64,000 bases of DNA, taken from NCBI GenBank assembly GCA_043732305.1, contig JAYTHU010000094.1, forward strand, positions 10,077-74,076, read 5' to 3'. Below, one piece after another: positions 19,977 through 29,100 of the stretch (its first letter is position 1; each line of letters begins with the position of its first letter). The notes beneath the pieces were generated by a model. The model had not been told where the DNA came from. It did no database searches and saw nothing but the letters and a program-made list of their open reading frames with translations. The DNA is from Oligoflexia bacterium (GTDB lineage: Bacteria > Bdellovibrionota > Bdellovibrionia > JABDDW01). The position numbers were made by a program, and so were the translations under genes.

Positions 19977-20181
19977 ATTTTTTAATTCTGATTCACGAAG
20001 AGTCACGTTTTTGCTTGGAGTTTTGTAAATGGTTTCCGGTAGAAAGAATATGCCATAACAGCCCCTCGGCAAATTTGCGGGAAATCTTATAGTTTTAGTT
20101 TTTTCTCTCATTGGCTTGCTATTGCAAGCGAGTTTCAATCGAATATTAAAATCTGTGCATTTGTAAAGGTCGTGCCAGAGG

Positions 20182-22461
20182 TTAGACTTTTTCGAGACGA
20201 GCGAACTTAACGACAAATTTTTTCATAGAGTTATTGGGAAACAATATTGTTACTTTTTGATCTGGGCCCTGGCCTTCCAGTTGGTGAACCGTTCCTACTC
20301 CAAAGCTTGGATGACGAACGCGCATCCCTTTTCTCAGACCATCACCATCTGTGTCACTACTCGCATCATAAGATGAAGGATTCCATCCACCTGAAATATC
20401 GACGTCGTAATTGGGCATAACAGATTGAGTATCGGAATTAAAATCGCTACCAAATAGAGTTGAGCGCTGCTGCCACTGTGGAGTTTTCATGCGTGAAGTT
20501 TTATTGATGAAGCGTTCCGGAATTTCTGCCAAAAATCGACTAGGTGGATTTGATTGCTCATTGCCCCAAACTTTTCTGGAACGTGCATGACTTAAATATA
20601 ATCTTTGGCGCGCACGCGTCATTCCAACATAGAAAAGTCTTCGCTCTTCTTCCGACTCATTTTGTCCGAAGTCGTCATCGCGAATAGAAGGGAACAGCCC
20701 ATCTTCTAATCCAACAATAAAGACAACCGGAAATTCTAAACCTTTAGAAATATGCAAGGTCATAAGCGTGACATTGTTTGCTACTTCTTGCAGATTTCGA
20801 TCACTCTCAGTCACGAGAGCTACTTCTTCTAAGAATGCAGCAAGTGTTGCATCATCACCTCGCTCGCGTTCGAACTCACCAATTGCTGAATCAAGTTCTT
20901 CTAAGTTTTCAATACGTGCGAGGGACTCAGGAGTGTTTTCAAGTTTTAGTTTTTGAACGTACTGAGTGGCATCGAGGGCCGCATGATACATTTCGCTGGG
21001 AGAAAGTTCCGATGCTTTTTGTCTCAGGCCTTGGATCACTTCAACGAATGCGAGAACTTTACTGCTCGCACCTCTATCCAATATTTTATCTTGGATAGCA
21101 GGGACCAGTCCTTCAAAAAGGGAAATTTCCTTAGAGTCAGAGTAAGCTTCCAATTTTTCAACGGTGGTTTTGCCGATGCCTCGGCCGGGAGAATTGATAA
21201 TTCGCTTGAGACCAACATTGTCTTTTGGATTCAGGCAAATTTTTAAATAGCTTAATAGATCTTTGACTTCGGCCCGATCATAAAACTTAATGCCGCCGAT
21301 AATCTTGTATGGAATGGCTTGAGACCGCAGCTGATCCTCAAGGACTCGGGACTGAGCATTGGTGCGATAAAAAATCGCAAAGTCATTGTGAGTGAGATTG
21401 TCTTCGCTGGCGAGAGTAGCTATCTCACGCGCGACGCCTCTTGCTTCCTCAAATTCATTGTACTCTTCACGCACTTGAATGGGATGACCGGCTTCATTGC
21501 TTGTCCAAAGAGTTTTATCCTTGCGTTCAGAATTTCTTTTGATCACGTGTGATGCCGCTTCAACAATGTTTTTTGTCGAGCGATAGTTTTCTTCAAGTTT
21601 TACAATCTTAGCTTCAGGAAAATCTTTTTCGAAATTTAAAATATTACTGATGTCAGCTCCGCGCCAAGAATAAATACTTTGATCTTCATCGCCTACAACG
21701 CAAATATTTTTATATTTGGTAGAAAGCATTTTGATCAAAACATATTGCACGTGATTGGTGTCTTGATACTCGTCCACCATGATGTATTTGAAACGCTCTT
21801 GATACTGATCTAATAAATCCGGGTTGTCCCGAAAAAGCTCGGTTGTTTTATAAAGCAGATCTCCGAAATCCAAGGCATTGTGTTGCCTCATCATCCGCTC
21901 GTATAAACCGTAAACTTTAGTGATCTTGTCACTCAGAAACTGAGTTGCACGCTCTTTCTGATAATTGTCAGGAGAAATAAATTCATTCTTTGCTTTGTTG
22001 ATTTGATGCTGGAAAGTTTTAGGTGGATACATTTTGTCATTCAGATCGAGCGCCGCACAAACTTTCTTGAGAACGGCCAGTTGTTCAGAATCATCGTAAA
22101 TGACAAAATTTCCGTCATAGCCATCGATCAAGTGAATGTGTTGTCTTAATATTCGCGCACATGATGAGTGAAATGTGCTGATCCAAACGGGGTCTCGGCC
22201 GTAGAGGGGAACTCCCACACGTCCAAGTAAACTGACTGAACGTTCGAGCATTTCTTTGGCGGCTTTATTGGTGAACGTTACTGCAAATATTTCTGATGCT
22301 TTAGCTTTTCCCGACGCAACCAAATAGGCAATGCGGTACGTAAGCGCACGGGTTTTTCCAGAGCCTGCACCGGCTAAAATAAGCAATGGACCGTCAGTGG
22401 TATTGACTGCTTCCCACTGGTGAGGATTGAGTTCCGCTGCAAAATTTACAGAGAGTTCCAA
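20182..22461 (-). CDS. pcrA: ATP-dependent DNA helicase UvrD/PcrA
   Basis: AGAGSGKT, VDEYQDTN, VGDEDQSIY, ENYRS, KGLEF, EERRLFYVGMTRA, C-terminal Tudor-like HPSFGVG; likely TTG start 22461 (track 22491). Confidence 0.95.
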   Translation of the reverse strand: MELSVNFAAELNPHQWEAVNTTDGPLLILAGAGSGKTRALTYRIAYLVASGKAKASEIFAVTFTNKAAKEMLERSVSLLGRVGVPLYGRDPVWISTFHSSCARILRQHIHLIDGYDGNFVIYDDSEQLAVLKKVCAALDLNDKMYPPKTFQHQINKAKNEFISPDNYQKERATQFLSDKITKVYGLYERMMRQHNALDFGDLLYKTTELFRDNPDLLDQYQERFKYIMVDEYQDTNHVQYVLIKMLSTKYKNICVVGDEDQSIYSWRGADISNILNFEKDFPEAKIVKLEENYRSTKNIVEAASHVIKRNSERKDKTLWTSNEAGHPIQVREEYNEFEEARGVAREIATLASEDNLTHNDFAIFYRTNAQSRVLEDQLRSQAIPYKIIGGIKFYDRAEVKDLLSYLKICLNPKDNVGLKRIINSPGRGIGKTTVEKLEAYSDSKEISLFEGLVPAIQDKILDRGASSKVLAFVEVIQGLRQKASELSPSEMYHAALDATQYVQKLKLENTPESLARIENLEELDSAIGEFERERGDDATLAAFLEEVALVTESDRNLQEVANNVTLMTLHISKGLEFPVVFIVGLEDGLFPSIRDDDFGQNESEEERRLFYVGMTRARQRLYLSHARSRKVWGNEQSNPPSRFLAEIPERFINKTSRMKTPQWQQRSTLFGSDFNSDTQSVMPNYDVDISGGWNPSSYDASSDTDGDGLRKGMRVRHPSFGVGTVHQLEGQGPDQKVTILFPNNSMKKFVVKFARLEKV

Positions 22462-22520
22462 GAAATCGCCCCTTAATTCAGGTACAAACACTTCAAATCT
22501 TTCGTAAAACCAGCTTATAT

Positions 22521-22536
22521 TGGCCTCGAACTTGCT
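22521..22536 (+). promoter_or_regulatory. Sigma54 -24/-12 promoter
   Basis: TGGCCT-CGAAC-TTGCT, correct GG-N10-GC spacing, about 50 bp upstream of ATG 22585. Confidence 0.7.
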
Positions 22537-22584
22537 TTTAGGCTAGTGAATATTGAATACAAAATTTTGAAAAATGGAATGTAA

Positions 22585-23892
22585 ATGAAATTCGCCCACT
22601 TCCTCATCACAATCCTCCTTTTGCCAGTTATTTTCATGGTTGGCTGCGGAGATTCTAACGTCAGTGGGGATCGTATTTTGCTGGCGTTTGATAATGGGAC
22701 CGGACACTACGTTAAGAAAGAAGTGACTCTTAAATATGTGACGGATTTGGCTCACATGCAGGATAAAGCAGTCACGGTAAACTATGGCGGAACGCTTCAT
22801 GTTGAAGCCCAGCCTAATGGTCAAAATATGCGAGCTTATTTTGAAAAAGGGCGCGCTCCTAACGCTCAATTCATAAAATCCTCTGGCGTTTTAATTCCAC
22901 AAGATTATGACACTCGGATTATGGCCACTATTCTCTTTTCGTATGAGCAACTGAAAGATTTTTACGAAAGTTTGGGCGCCACTTCTAAAATGACCTTCCC
23001 TCAAACTGTCTATGCTCAGGCCAAAATTATGGATGGTGCAGGAAAAGTTTCTGGTGACAATGCAGCTTACATTTCAACATTTGATGCTTTTATTTTTTGG
23101 CTTTTTGATCTTCCCTCAATGTATCCCATTCCTCTTAACACTGGAATTATTGCCCATGAGTATTTTCACAGCGTGTTTACGTCTCTCACTCCAAAAACAA
23201 CTTTGATGCAGAACAAGCCTGATACATCTGCTGACTTGCTCGAAATGTGGAGAGTCGCGGCGGATCCAAGGATTGTAGCCGATGGCAATTACTTTTCAGA
23301 TTTATGCCAAGGTAAATCAAATCTTCATCTCGTGAACAGCGGCGCGCTAGTGGCAAGCAATTTTTATATTTTCTCTGCCATCAATGAAGGTATGGCTGAT
23401 TACTTCGGTTATCTATATTCAACAAACCCAGGATGGATTGCCGCTTCACTCGATGGTCAGATACCGCGTGATCTGCGACACGAAAATATTTTAAACTGTT
23501 CAGTTGAAGAGCAAGGGGCTTGGATATATGGAGCAGCTCAAAATCTGCTTCGTCTAAAAGATCGACGCATTCGGCCCATGGAACGTGATGTGCTGCCGGA
23601 CATTCACATGTACGGTTCTATTTGGTCTCATTTTTTATACTCTGTAGATATCGGTCGAAAAAATCAGGGGCTTCCTGCCAGTACACCAAAACAAGTTCTC
23701 GAATTCGCAAAAAAAATCGATGATCTCTTCAGTAATACTTCTCCCACAAAAATTATTAGTCTCGGTGATTTGGCTCAAATTTTTATAGAATCTGGAGACA
23801 TTGACTTCGCAGTTTGTGAAAGCGTGAGAAAAGTTTTTCCGCAAAGCAAATCGGCAATACACGAAGCCTGTTTTAAAGGTGGGGTTTTATGA
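22585..23892 (+). CDS. Lipoprotein zinc metalloprotease (M4/M36 gluzincin-like)
   Basis: Lipobox MVGC; DNAAY, IIAHEYFH (HExxH), INEGMADYF (third ligand E), DIHMYGSIW. Confidence 0.8.
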   Translation: MKFAHFLITILLLPVIFMVGCGDSNVSGDRILLAFDNGTGHYVKKEVTLKYVTDLAHMQDKAVTVNYGGTLHVEAQPNGQNMRAYFEKGRAPNAQFIKSSGVLIPQDYDTRIMATILFSYEQLKDFYESLGATSKMTFPQTVYAQAKIMDGAGKVSGDNAAYISTFDAFIFWLFDLPSMYPIPLNTGIIAHEYFHSVFTSLTPKTTLMQNKPDTSADLLEMWRVAADPRIVADGNYFSDLCQGKSNLHLVNSGALVASNFYIFSAINEGMADYFGYLYSTNPGWIAASLDGQIPRDLRHENILNCSVEEQGAWIYGAAQNLLRLKDRRIRPMERDVLPDIHMYGSIWSHFLYSVDIGRKNQGLPASTPKQVLEFAKKIDDLFSNTSPTKIISLGDLAQIFIESGDIDFAVCESVRKVFPQSKSAIHEACFKGGVL

Positions 23893-24416
23893 GTTTTCGA
23901 TTTTTATGGAAGTCCTTGTTCTCACTTACTCTTTTATTTTCAATGTTTTGCTGGGCCGATTATTACATCGCACCTACCATTGGGTACATGTCTGTCGAAC
24001 AAACCTCTGGAGAAAGTGGCGGAGATCCCACTTACGGTTTTGAGGGGCTTTATCTCTATGGCCATTGGCTTGCGGGATTGAAGTATGATCACTGGAGTTC
24101 GGAAGAGAATGGAAATTCTCTAGTGAGTGTTTCCGGTTCCAAAAACATATTGGCCGCTGAAGGCGGCTGGCGCCTTTCCAATTCGAGCTTCAGCCCGTAT
24201 GTGTTTGTTGGCATGGGTTCTTACTTCCAGAGTGTCACGACCAAACTCATGGGAGATGTGTCTAATGATTACGCAGCAGACATGGTCTATAAACTGGGAT
24301 TAGGTTTATTGGGTAGGTTTTCCGACAATTTTGCTTTGGGGGCAGGAATTCATTATTACCCCCAAGCCTTCGTTAACAGCGTGGATTTTGTTTTTTCGGG
24401 TGGCTACTATTTTTGA
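23889..24416 (+). CDS. Small outer-membrane beta-barrel protein (OmpW/OmpA-barrel-like)
   Basis: Signal peptide ending CWA, SPYVFVGMG strand, C-terminal GGYYF; ATGA overlap with the protease gene. Confidence 0.75.
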   Translation: MSFRFLWKSLFSLTLLFSMFCWADYYIAPTIGYMSVEQTSGESGGDPTYGFEGLYLYGHWLAGLKYDHWSSEENGNSLVSVSGSKNILAAEGGWRLSNSSFSPYVFVGMGSYFQSVTTKLMGDVSNDYAADMVYKLGLGLLGRFSDNFALGAGIHYYPQAFVNSVDFVFSGGYYF

Positions 24417-24476
24417 GATCTTGATAACGCTGTGCCATTTGGATAGGATAATTTACGGGTGGAGGAAACCTGAAAC

Positions 24477-25109
24477 ATGAATAAAAAAATGCTTCTCGGA
24501 AATTTTTTCTTTTTACTAGGGATCTCCGCATTAACTGCGCAAGCTTTTGCCATGCCTTCACCTACCTACAAAGATCCAGCGACGGGCATCGATAGATTGA
24601 TGATCCGTCAAATTCATATGGCCGATTATCTCAAGAATATTTCGAGCAACCAAATTGTTGAAAAAATGGATTCTCAAGGTAAAGGTAAACCTGATATTTT
24701 CATCGTGTACGACAAAAAAGAAAACGGCGGCAGAGTCTTAAGCATTCAACTTTTTGATCTCAATCGAGATGGTAAAATCGATCTTGTGAAGTTCTATGAA
24801 AAAGGAAAATTGGTTCGAACAGAATCCGATCTGGATTTTGACGGAAGCGTTGATTTAGTTACTGAGTATGATCCTATCAATGGTTCCGTGAAAAAGAAAA
24901 TTCAGGCGGACAGCTCCACCAACATCTGGACTTATTTTTCTAAGGGTGAAATCAAGCGCAAAGAAATTGATCGTAATTTCGATGGCAAGCCTGACATGTG
25001 GGTTTATTACCGGAACGGAAAACCGTATCGCACTGAAGTAGATCAGACTTTCAATGGCAAGATTGTCCGTGCAGACAATGAGCTATTGACCCCGGCCAAC
25101 TTAAACTAA
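24477..25109 (+). CDS. Exported protein with DxDxDG (calcium-binding-loop-like) repeats
   Basis: Signal peptide ending AFA; DSQGKGKPD, DLNRDGKID, DLDFDGSVD, DRNFDGKPD, DQTFNG; GGAGG RBS; TTGATA-17-TAGGAT at 24421-24449. Confidence 0.75.
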   Translation: MNKKMLLGNFFFLLGISALTAQAFAMPSPTYKDPATGIDRLMIRQIHMADYLKNISSNQIVEKMDSQGKGKPDIFIVYDKKENGGRVLSIQLFDLNRDGKIDLVKFYEKGKLVRTESDLDFDGSVDLVTEYDPINGSVKKKIQADSSTNIWTYFSKGEIKRKEIDRNFDGKPDMWVYYRNGKPYRTEVDQTFNGKIVRADNELLTPANLN

Positions 25110-26159
25110 TTTTTTTAGGTTTTTATTTTTCTGAAGTTCAGCAACGAGAGTTTTGATCTCTTGAGCGCTATCTTTGCTGCAAATCAGAAGAGCGTCATCA
25201 GTTTCTACGATTATCAGATTATGAACTCCGACCAAACCCAAGAATTTTTTTGAACTCATATCTGCAATGATGCCCGTGGAATCGATTGCTACATGCTCAC
25301 CCTGAGTTTTGATAAGACCCGCTTGATCGTTAGAGGGTAAAACTTCCGAAAGTGCAGGCCAAGAGCCTACGTCATTCCAGCCAAAGTCACCGGGAATGAG
25401 TGCGCCGTTCTGAGTTTTTTCCATTAGCGCAGTATCCAAAGGCTCTTTAGGCAGAGATTTAAACATCTTTGCTAACTTAGCTTTTTGACCTTTAGCTTTT
25501 TCAAAGGCTCGGAAATAATCTGGTGCGTGAAGTCGCACTTGTTCTTTGAATGTAGAGATTTTGAAAACGAAAATACCTGCGTTCCAAAGATATTTTCCAC
25601 TTCGAAAAAGTTCTTCAGCTTTTTGTTGAGAAGGTTTTTCCATGAACTTGTCTATTTTATAAATGCTTTGTTTCAAGGCTGCGCCAACTTTGATGTAACC
25701 GTAAGCGGTGGCAGAGAAGGTAGGCGTTATTCCCAAGCATACGATCACTTCATTTGTTGAGGCGAAATCGAAACACCGGCTGAGAGCAGAGCGATAATTT
25801 TTTTCGTCTTCAATGTGAGCATCTGCCGGAAGTACCGCCAGGACAGTTTCCTGATTTTTGAAAGACCACGCGGCCAAGCAAACTGCCGCCATAGTGTTGC
25901 GGGCTTCTGGCTCATGAATGATTTTGGTCGTGCTTCCTAGATGTTTTTTAATCAGCGAGTTTAAACTCTGCGGGCTCACTACAGAAATATTTTTCTTCTG
26001 AACCACTCCCATGAGTCTGTCGCGTGTCAGTTGAATCATGGATTTTTTATCGACGAGGGAAAGAAATTGCTTCGGGAGTTTTTGAGAACTTTTAGGCCAG
26101 AAACGAGTGCCGCTTCCACCTGCCATAATCACCGCGGCTCGACTTATTTCCGAATTCAT
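25101..26159 (-). CDS. manC: Mannose-1-phosphate guanylyltransferase
   Basis: AGGSGTRFWP, PKQFL, EPEARNT, EKP, WNAGIF, WNDVGSW. Confidence 0.92.
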   Translation of the reverse strand: MNSEISRAAVIMAGGSGTRFWPKSSQKLPKQFLSLVDKKSMIQLTRDRLMGVVQKKNISVVSPQSLNSLIKKHLGSTTKIIHEPEARNTMAAVCLAAWSFKNQETVLAVLPADAHIEDEKNYRSALSRCFDFASTNEVIVCLGITPTFSATAYGYIKVGAALKQSIYKIDKFMEKPSQQKAEELFRSGKYLWNAGIFVFKISTFKEQVRLHAPDYFRAFEKAKGQKAKLAKMFKSLPKEPLDTALMEKTQNGALIPGDFGWNDVGSWPALSEVLPSNDQAGLIKTQGEHVAIDSTGIIADMSSKKFLGLVGVHNLIIVETDDALLICSKDSAQEIKTLVAELQKNKNLKKLV

Positions 26160-26521
26160 TTTGAGACTCTACCGTATCGATCTTCGAGGCGCACGACATC
26201 GTCAAGTTCTGGTGTACTGACTTCGAGGATGTCGGTGTCCTCAAGCGCAATCATGCGATGAACAAGTTTTGGAGTGATGCGGAAACTCTGGCCGGGAATT
26301 AGAATTATTTCTTCTAATTTTTGCTCAGAGGTTTCTTGAAATTTTCCGATCTGAAATCTTATGGAGCCGTTTTGAATGTGAATTGTCTCATCTTTGAAGT
26401 TGTGAAATTGAAGACTTAATGATTCACCTTTTTTGATATGTAGGATTTTCCCAACATATTTTTCAGTTTCTGCAAATATAAGCTCAAAGCCCCAGGGTTT
26501 TTCAATTCGTTTGGTTTCCAT
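26156..26521 (-). CDS. Cupin protein (type II phosphomannose isomerase-like domain)
   Basis: EKPWG, LSLQFH..KDET, DDVVRLEDRYGR, like the C-terminal domain of bifunctional ManC. Confidence 0.85.
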   Translation of the reverse strand: METKRIEKPWGFELIFAETEKYVGKILHIKKGESLSLQFHNFKDETIHIQNGSIRFQIGKFQETSEQKLEEIILIPGQSFRITPKLVHRMIALEDTDILEVSTPELDDVVRLEDRYGRVSK

Positions 26522-26565
26522 ATTCCTCTATTGTTACCTTATTTTCGGGCCAATATCAAATCGAC

Positions 26566-26596
26566 AAAAAAATCCCCCAAACTTTCGTTTGAGGGA
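26566..26596 (-). terminator. Rho-independent terminator after the SPOR gene
   Basis: Minus strand TCCCTCAAAC-GAAA-GTTTGGGGGA followed by T7. Confidence 0.8.
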
Positions 26597-26623
26597 CATT
26601 AAAAGAGATAAAACGATTGATAT

Positions 26624-27376
26624 TTACTTAGCGATCTTCTGAATGATAGCGCTCTCAATTCCAGTGTCCTTGATGATTTTGGCGCGGTATTCCATTGCGG
26701 ATTTGCGGTCATCTAGAGTGCCTGCGCTCACGCGGTACCATTTTTTGCCGTTCACGTCGGCAGGAACAATAAAGGCGCTCACGCCTTTGGCTTTGAGCTC
26801 GCCTATTTTTTTGTTTGCTTCAGCTTCTGAGGCAACAGCGGCAAACTGAACAGTGAATTTGTCCAAGACTGAATTTTTTAATTCTTTAGGCTTTGCAACT
26901 ACGACAGTCTTTGTGTCTGTTATAGCGCTCGATGTTGCAGCACTCGAAGGCATACGGGAGTCACTAGCAGCTAATCTTTTAGCCACTCTATTGATCTCGT
27001 CATGAATAGAGGCAGAGTCGGGGACGGACTTCTTGGGAGCCGCAACGGCATCTGCAGCATCTGTTGATTCATTCTTGGCAGTGGCTGAGTCTGCTGCTGC
27101 AGGAGTTGTGTCTGCTTTTTCTTTATTCACGAATTCGTCAGAAAGCTTTGCTATTTCCTCTTCAGAAATAGCTTGGTTGGGCTCTGCTTTTCTTTCAGGA
27201 ATAGATGCTGTCACGCGATCATTGTTTTCAGTTTCGAGATCAGCAATTTTGTGCTGACTGTCACTGAATTGCTTGCCAACAAACGTTCCAACTGAGAACG
27301 AAAGTAGAGAGAGGAAAAACACAAGCACGAGTTTGATCAGTGTATCTGTCCTTGAGCCACCGTTTTGATTCTTCAT
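26624..27376 (-). CDS. SPOR-domain membrane protein (FtsN/DedD-like)
   Basis: N-terminal TM, low-complexity linker, C-terminal FTVQFAA...WYRVSAG SPOR domain; ATG 27376 after GAAGGGG. Confidence 0.85.
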   Translation of the reverse strand: MKNQNGGSRTDTLIKLVLVFFLSLLSFSVGTFVGKQFSDSQHKIADLETENNDRVTASIPERKAEPNQAISEEEIAKLSDEFVNKEKADTTPAAADSATAKNESTDAADAVAAPKKSVPDSASIHDEINRVAKRLAASDSRMPSSAATSSAITDTKTVVVAKPKELKNSVLDKFTVQFAAVASEAEANKKIGELKAKGVSAFIVPADVNGKKWYRVSAGTLDDRKSAMEYRAKIIKDTGIESAIIQKIAK

Positions 27377-27447
27377 TTCTATATGCCCCTTCATAAAATT
27401 TACTGAGTTATTACAGCCCATGGTTATTGTTGCGGACCTGAGACTTT

Positions 27448-27477
27448 ATAATACAGACCTAGGCAGCTAGCTGTCAA
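27448..27477 (-). promoter_or_regulatory. Sigma70 promoter of the SPOR gene
   Basis: TTGACA-18 bp-TATTAT on the minus strand. Confidence 0.6.
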
Positions 27478-27537
27478 TTGCCAGACCAGCCTCATTTCCG
27501 TCTTTTAGACCATGGGCTAGTATGCTAGGTTCTTGCC

Positions 27538-28335
27538 ATGGACAAGAAGCAGCAAAATCACCTGTTAAAAGTAGCCAACCTCGCGGCCTTCGAGGGTGGG
27601 AAAATTGCGCTCAAATATTTCCGTAAACTTAAAAAGATAGACATCAAAGAAGGCGCAGGTCTAGTTTCTGAAGCCGATCGCGAAAGCGAAGCCGTCATTC
27701 GAAGGATTATTAAAAAGAAATTTCCAGAGCATTTATTCTTAGGTGAAGAGACCTCAGTAAAAGACGAAGTGCTTTCAAGCGATAAAGGTCTTTGGGTGGT
27801 TGACCCTATCGATGGCACTACAAATTACGTTCATGGATTCCCGATGTTCTGCGTTTCTATTGGGTTTGAATTCAAAGGTGTGATTGAAGTTGGTGTCGTT
27901 TACGCCCCTCTTTTAAAATACACTTTCACTGCTATTCGTGGTCGCGGAGCTTTCATGAATGGAAAGCCCATTTCTGTAAGCAAAACTGAAACTTTGGAAG
28001 ATAGCCTTCTTGCTACGGGTTTTAGTTACATGAGAAACGAAGTTCTCCAAGATGAATTACGTCGCTTTAAAATTTTCTCCGAAAAATCTCGAGGTTTGAG
28101 ACGGGCTGGAAGTGCGGCACTCGATATGTGTTTTGTTGCTGCTGGTATTTTTGACGGTTTCTGGGAACGAGAATTGGCTCCTTGGGACACCGCTGCCGGC
28201 TCTTTAATCGTTCGAGAAGCGGGTGGAGAAGTAAGCAATTTTAACGGTGATCCTTTTCATTATATGATGAAGTCGGTGGTTGCCGGAAACAGCAAAATCA
28301 GTAGTCAAATCAAAGAAATAATCCAAGGAGATTAG
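27538..28335 (+). CDS. suhB: Inositol monophosphatase family protein SuhB
   Basis: GEE, WVVDPIDGTTNY, GSAALD, WDTAAG. Confidence 0.92.
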   Translation: MDKKQQNHLLKVANLAAFEGGKIALKYFRKLKKIDIKEGAGLVSEADRESEAVIRRIIKKKFPEHLFLGEETSVKDEVLSSDKGLWVVDPIDGTTNYVHGFPMFCVSIGFEFKGVIEVGVVYAPLLKYTFTAIRGRGAFMNGKPISVSKTETLEDSLLATGFSYMRNEVLQDELRRFKIFSEKSRGLRRAGSAALDMCFVAAGIFDGFWERELAPWDTAAGSLIVREAGGEVSNFNGDPFHYMMKSVVAGNSKISSQIKEIIQGD

Positions 28336-28767
28336 TTAGTCGCGGGATGAATCTACTGGGAAATATTTCGTCATGTGACCGTAGCGGCGATAGCTCCCCT
28401 CGTCTGGTTGCTGCAATACGGGCTCAATTTCGACACTCGAAATTTTCAAAATTACTATTCCATTCGGATTTTTAAAATAGTCAATTGTATACGTGCCTTG
28501 ATCAGTCTGACCGGTAAAGGTAAGCATTTGACCTGGGGAAGCTTTGCTTTGCAAAATCGAAGCTATATTTTCTGCAAGCAATCTCATCGCCTTCGGTTTG
28601 TCTGCAGAAATCCCTGGCCATTCATCTGCTGTCGTCGCGTTGAACTGCACGTTCTCCTGATTTTTTATGCTAACCTCCTCAGAAATTTTGGCTATTTTTT
28701 CCCTGCAATTACCGGCAAAAGTTTGAACAGAATAAAGAGCAAATAATGTAGCGAAGAGTGTCCTCAT
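28336..28767 (-). CDS. Small secreted hypothetical protein
   Basis: Signal peptide MRTLFATLFALYSVQTFA; GAGGA upstream; fills the space between suhB and the fliL intergenic region. Confidence 0.7.
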   Translation of the reverse strand: MRTLFATLFALYSVQTFAGNCREKIAKISEEVSIKNQENVQFNATTADEWPGISADKPKAMRLLAENIASILQSKASPGQMLTFTGQTDQGTYTIDYFKNPNGIVILKISSVEIEPVLQQPDEGSYRRYGHMTKYFPVDSSRD

Positions 28768-28782
28768 AATGTCCTCTTCATT

Positions 28783-28798
28783 TGCAACAGTCAGACCA
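28783..28798 (-). promoter_or_regulatory. Candidate sigma54 promoter
   Basis: Minus strand TGGTCT-GACTG-TTGCA. Confidence 0.45.
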
Positions 28799-29033
28799 AC
28801 TCGAATACCGATTTGCTTTGAATTGACCGATTTAAAATTAAAAAAAGAACGATAACATTTTTACTATGTGGCGTAGTGCCATATTGCTCAAAACTCTAGC
28901 ACTAGACATTCGTATTGAACATCGGAAATACCCGCCAAAATTCTGACCTCACGTTACTACTTATTGGCGATCTTTGCCTCGCGACGCGCCCACACTTCAA
29001 GCACTTACAGCATATTTCTCGGCGAAGGTCGTG

Positions 29034-29049
29034 TGGCACTGAGCTTGCT
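29034..29049 (+). promoter_or_regulatory. Sigma54 promoter of the fliL operon
   Basis: Consensus TGGCAC-TGAGC-TTGCT about 50 bp before the fliL start. Confidence 0.85.
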
Positions 29050-29100
29050 TTGTGATTATCAATGACAGTGTATGTGTCAGATGTGTCAGGGAGGATACAA

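Noticed and set aside
27448..27477. Minus strand TTGACAGCTAGCT...CCTAGG resembles synthetic Anderson (J23119-type) promoters
   Set aside because: Identity stops after 13 nt, the spacer and -10 differ, and no vector sequence flanks it; best read as a native promoter with chance similarity
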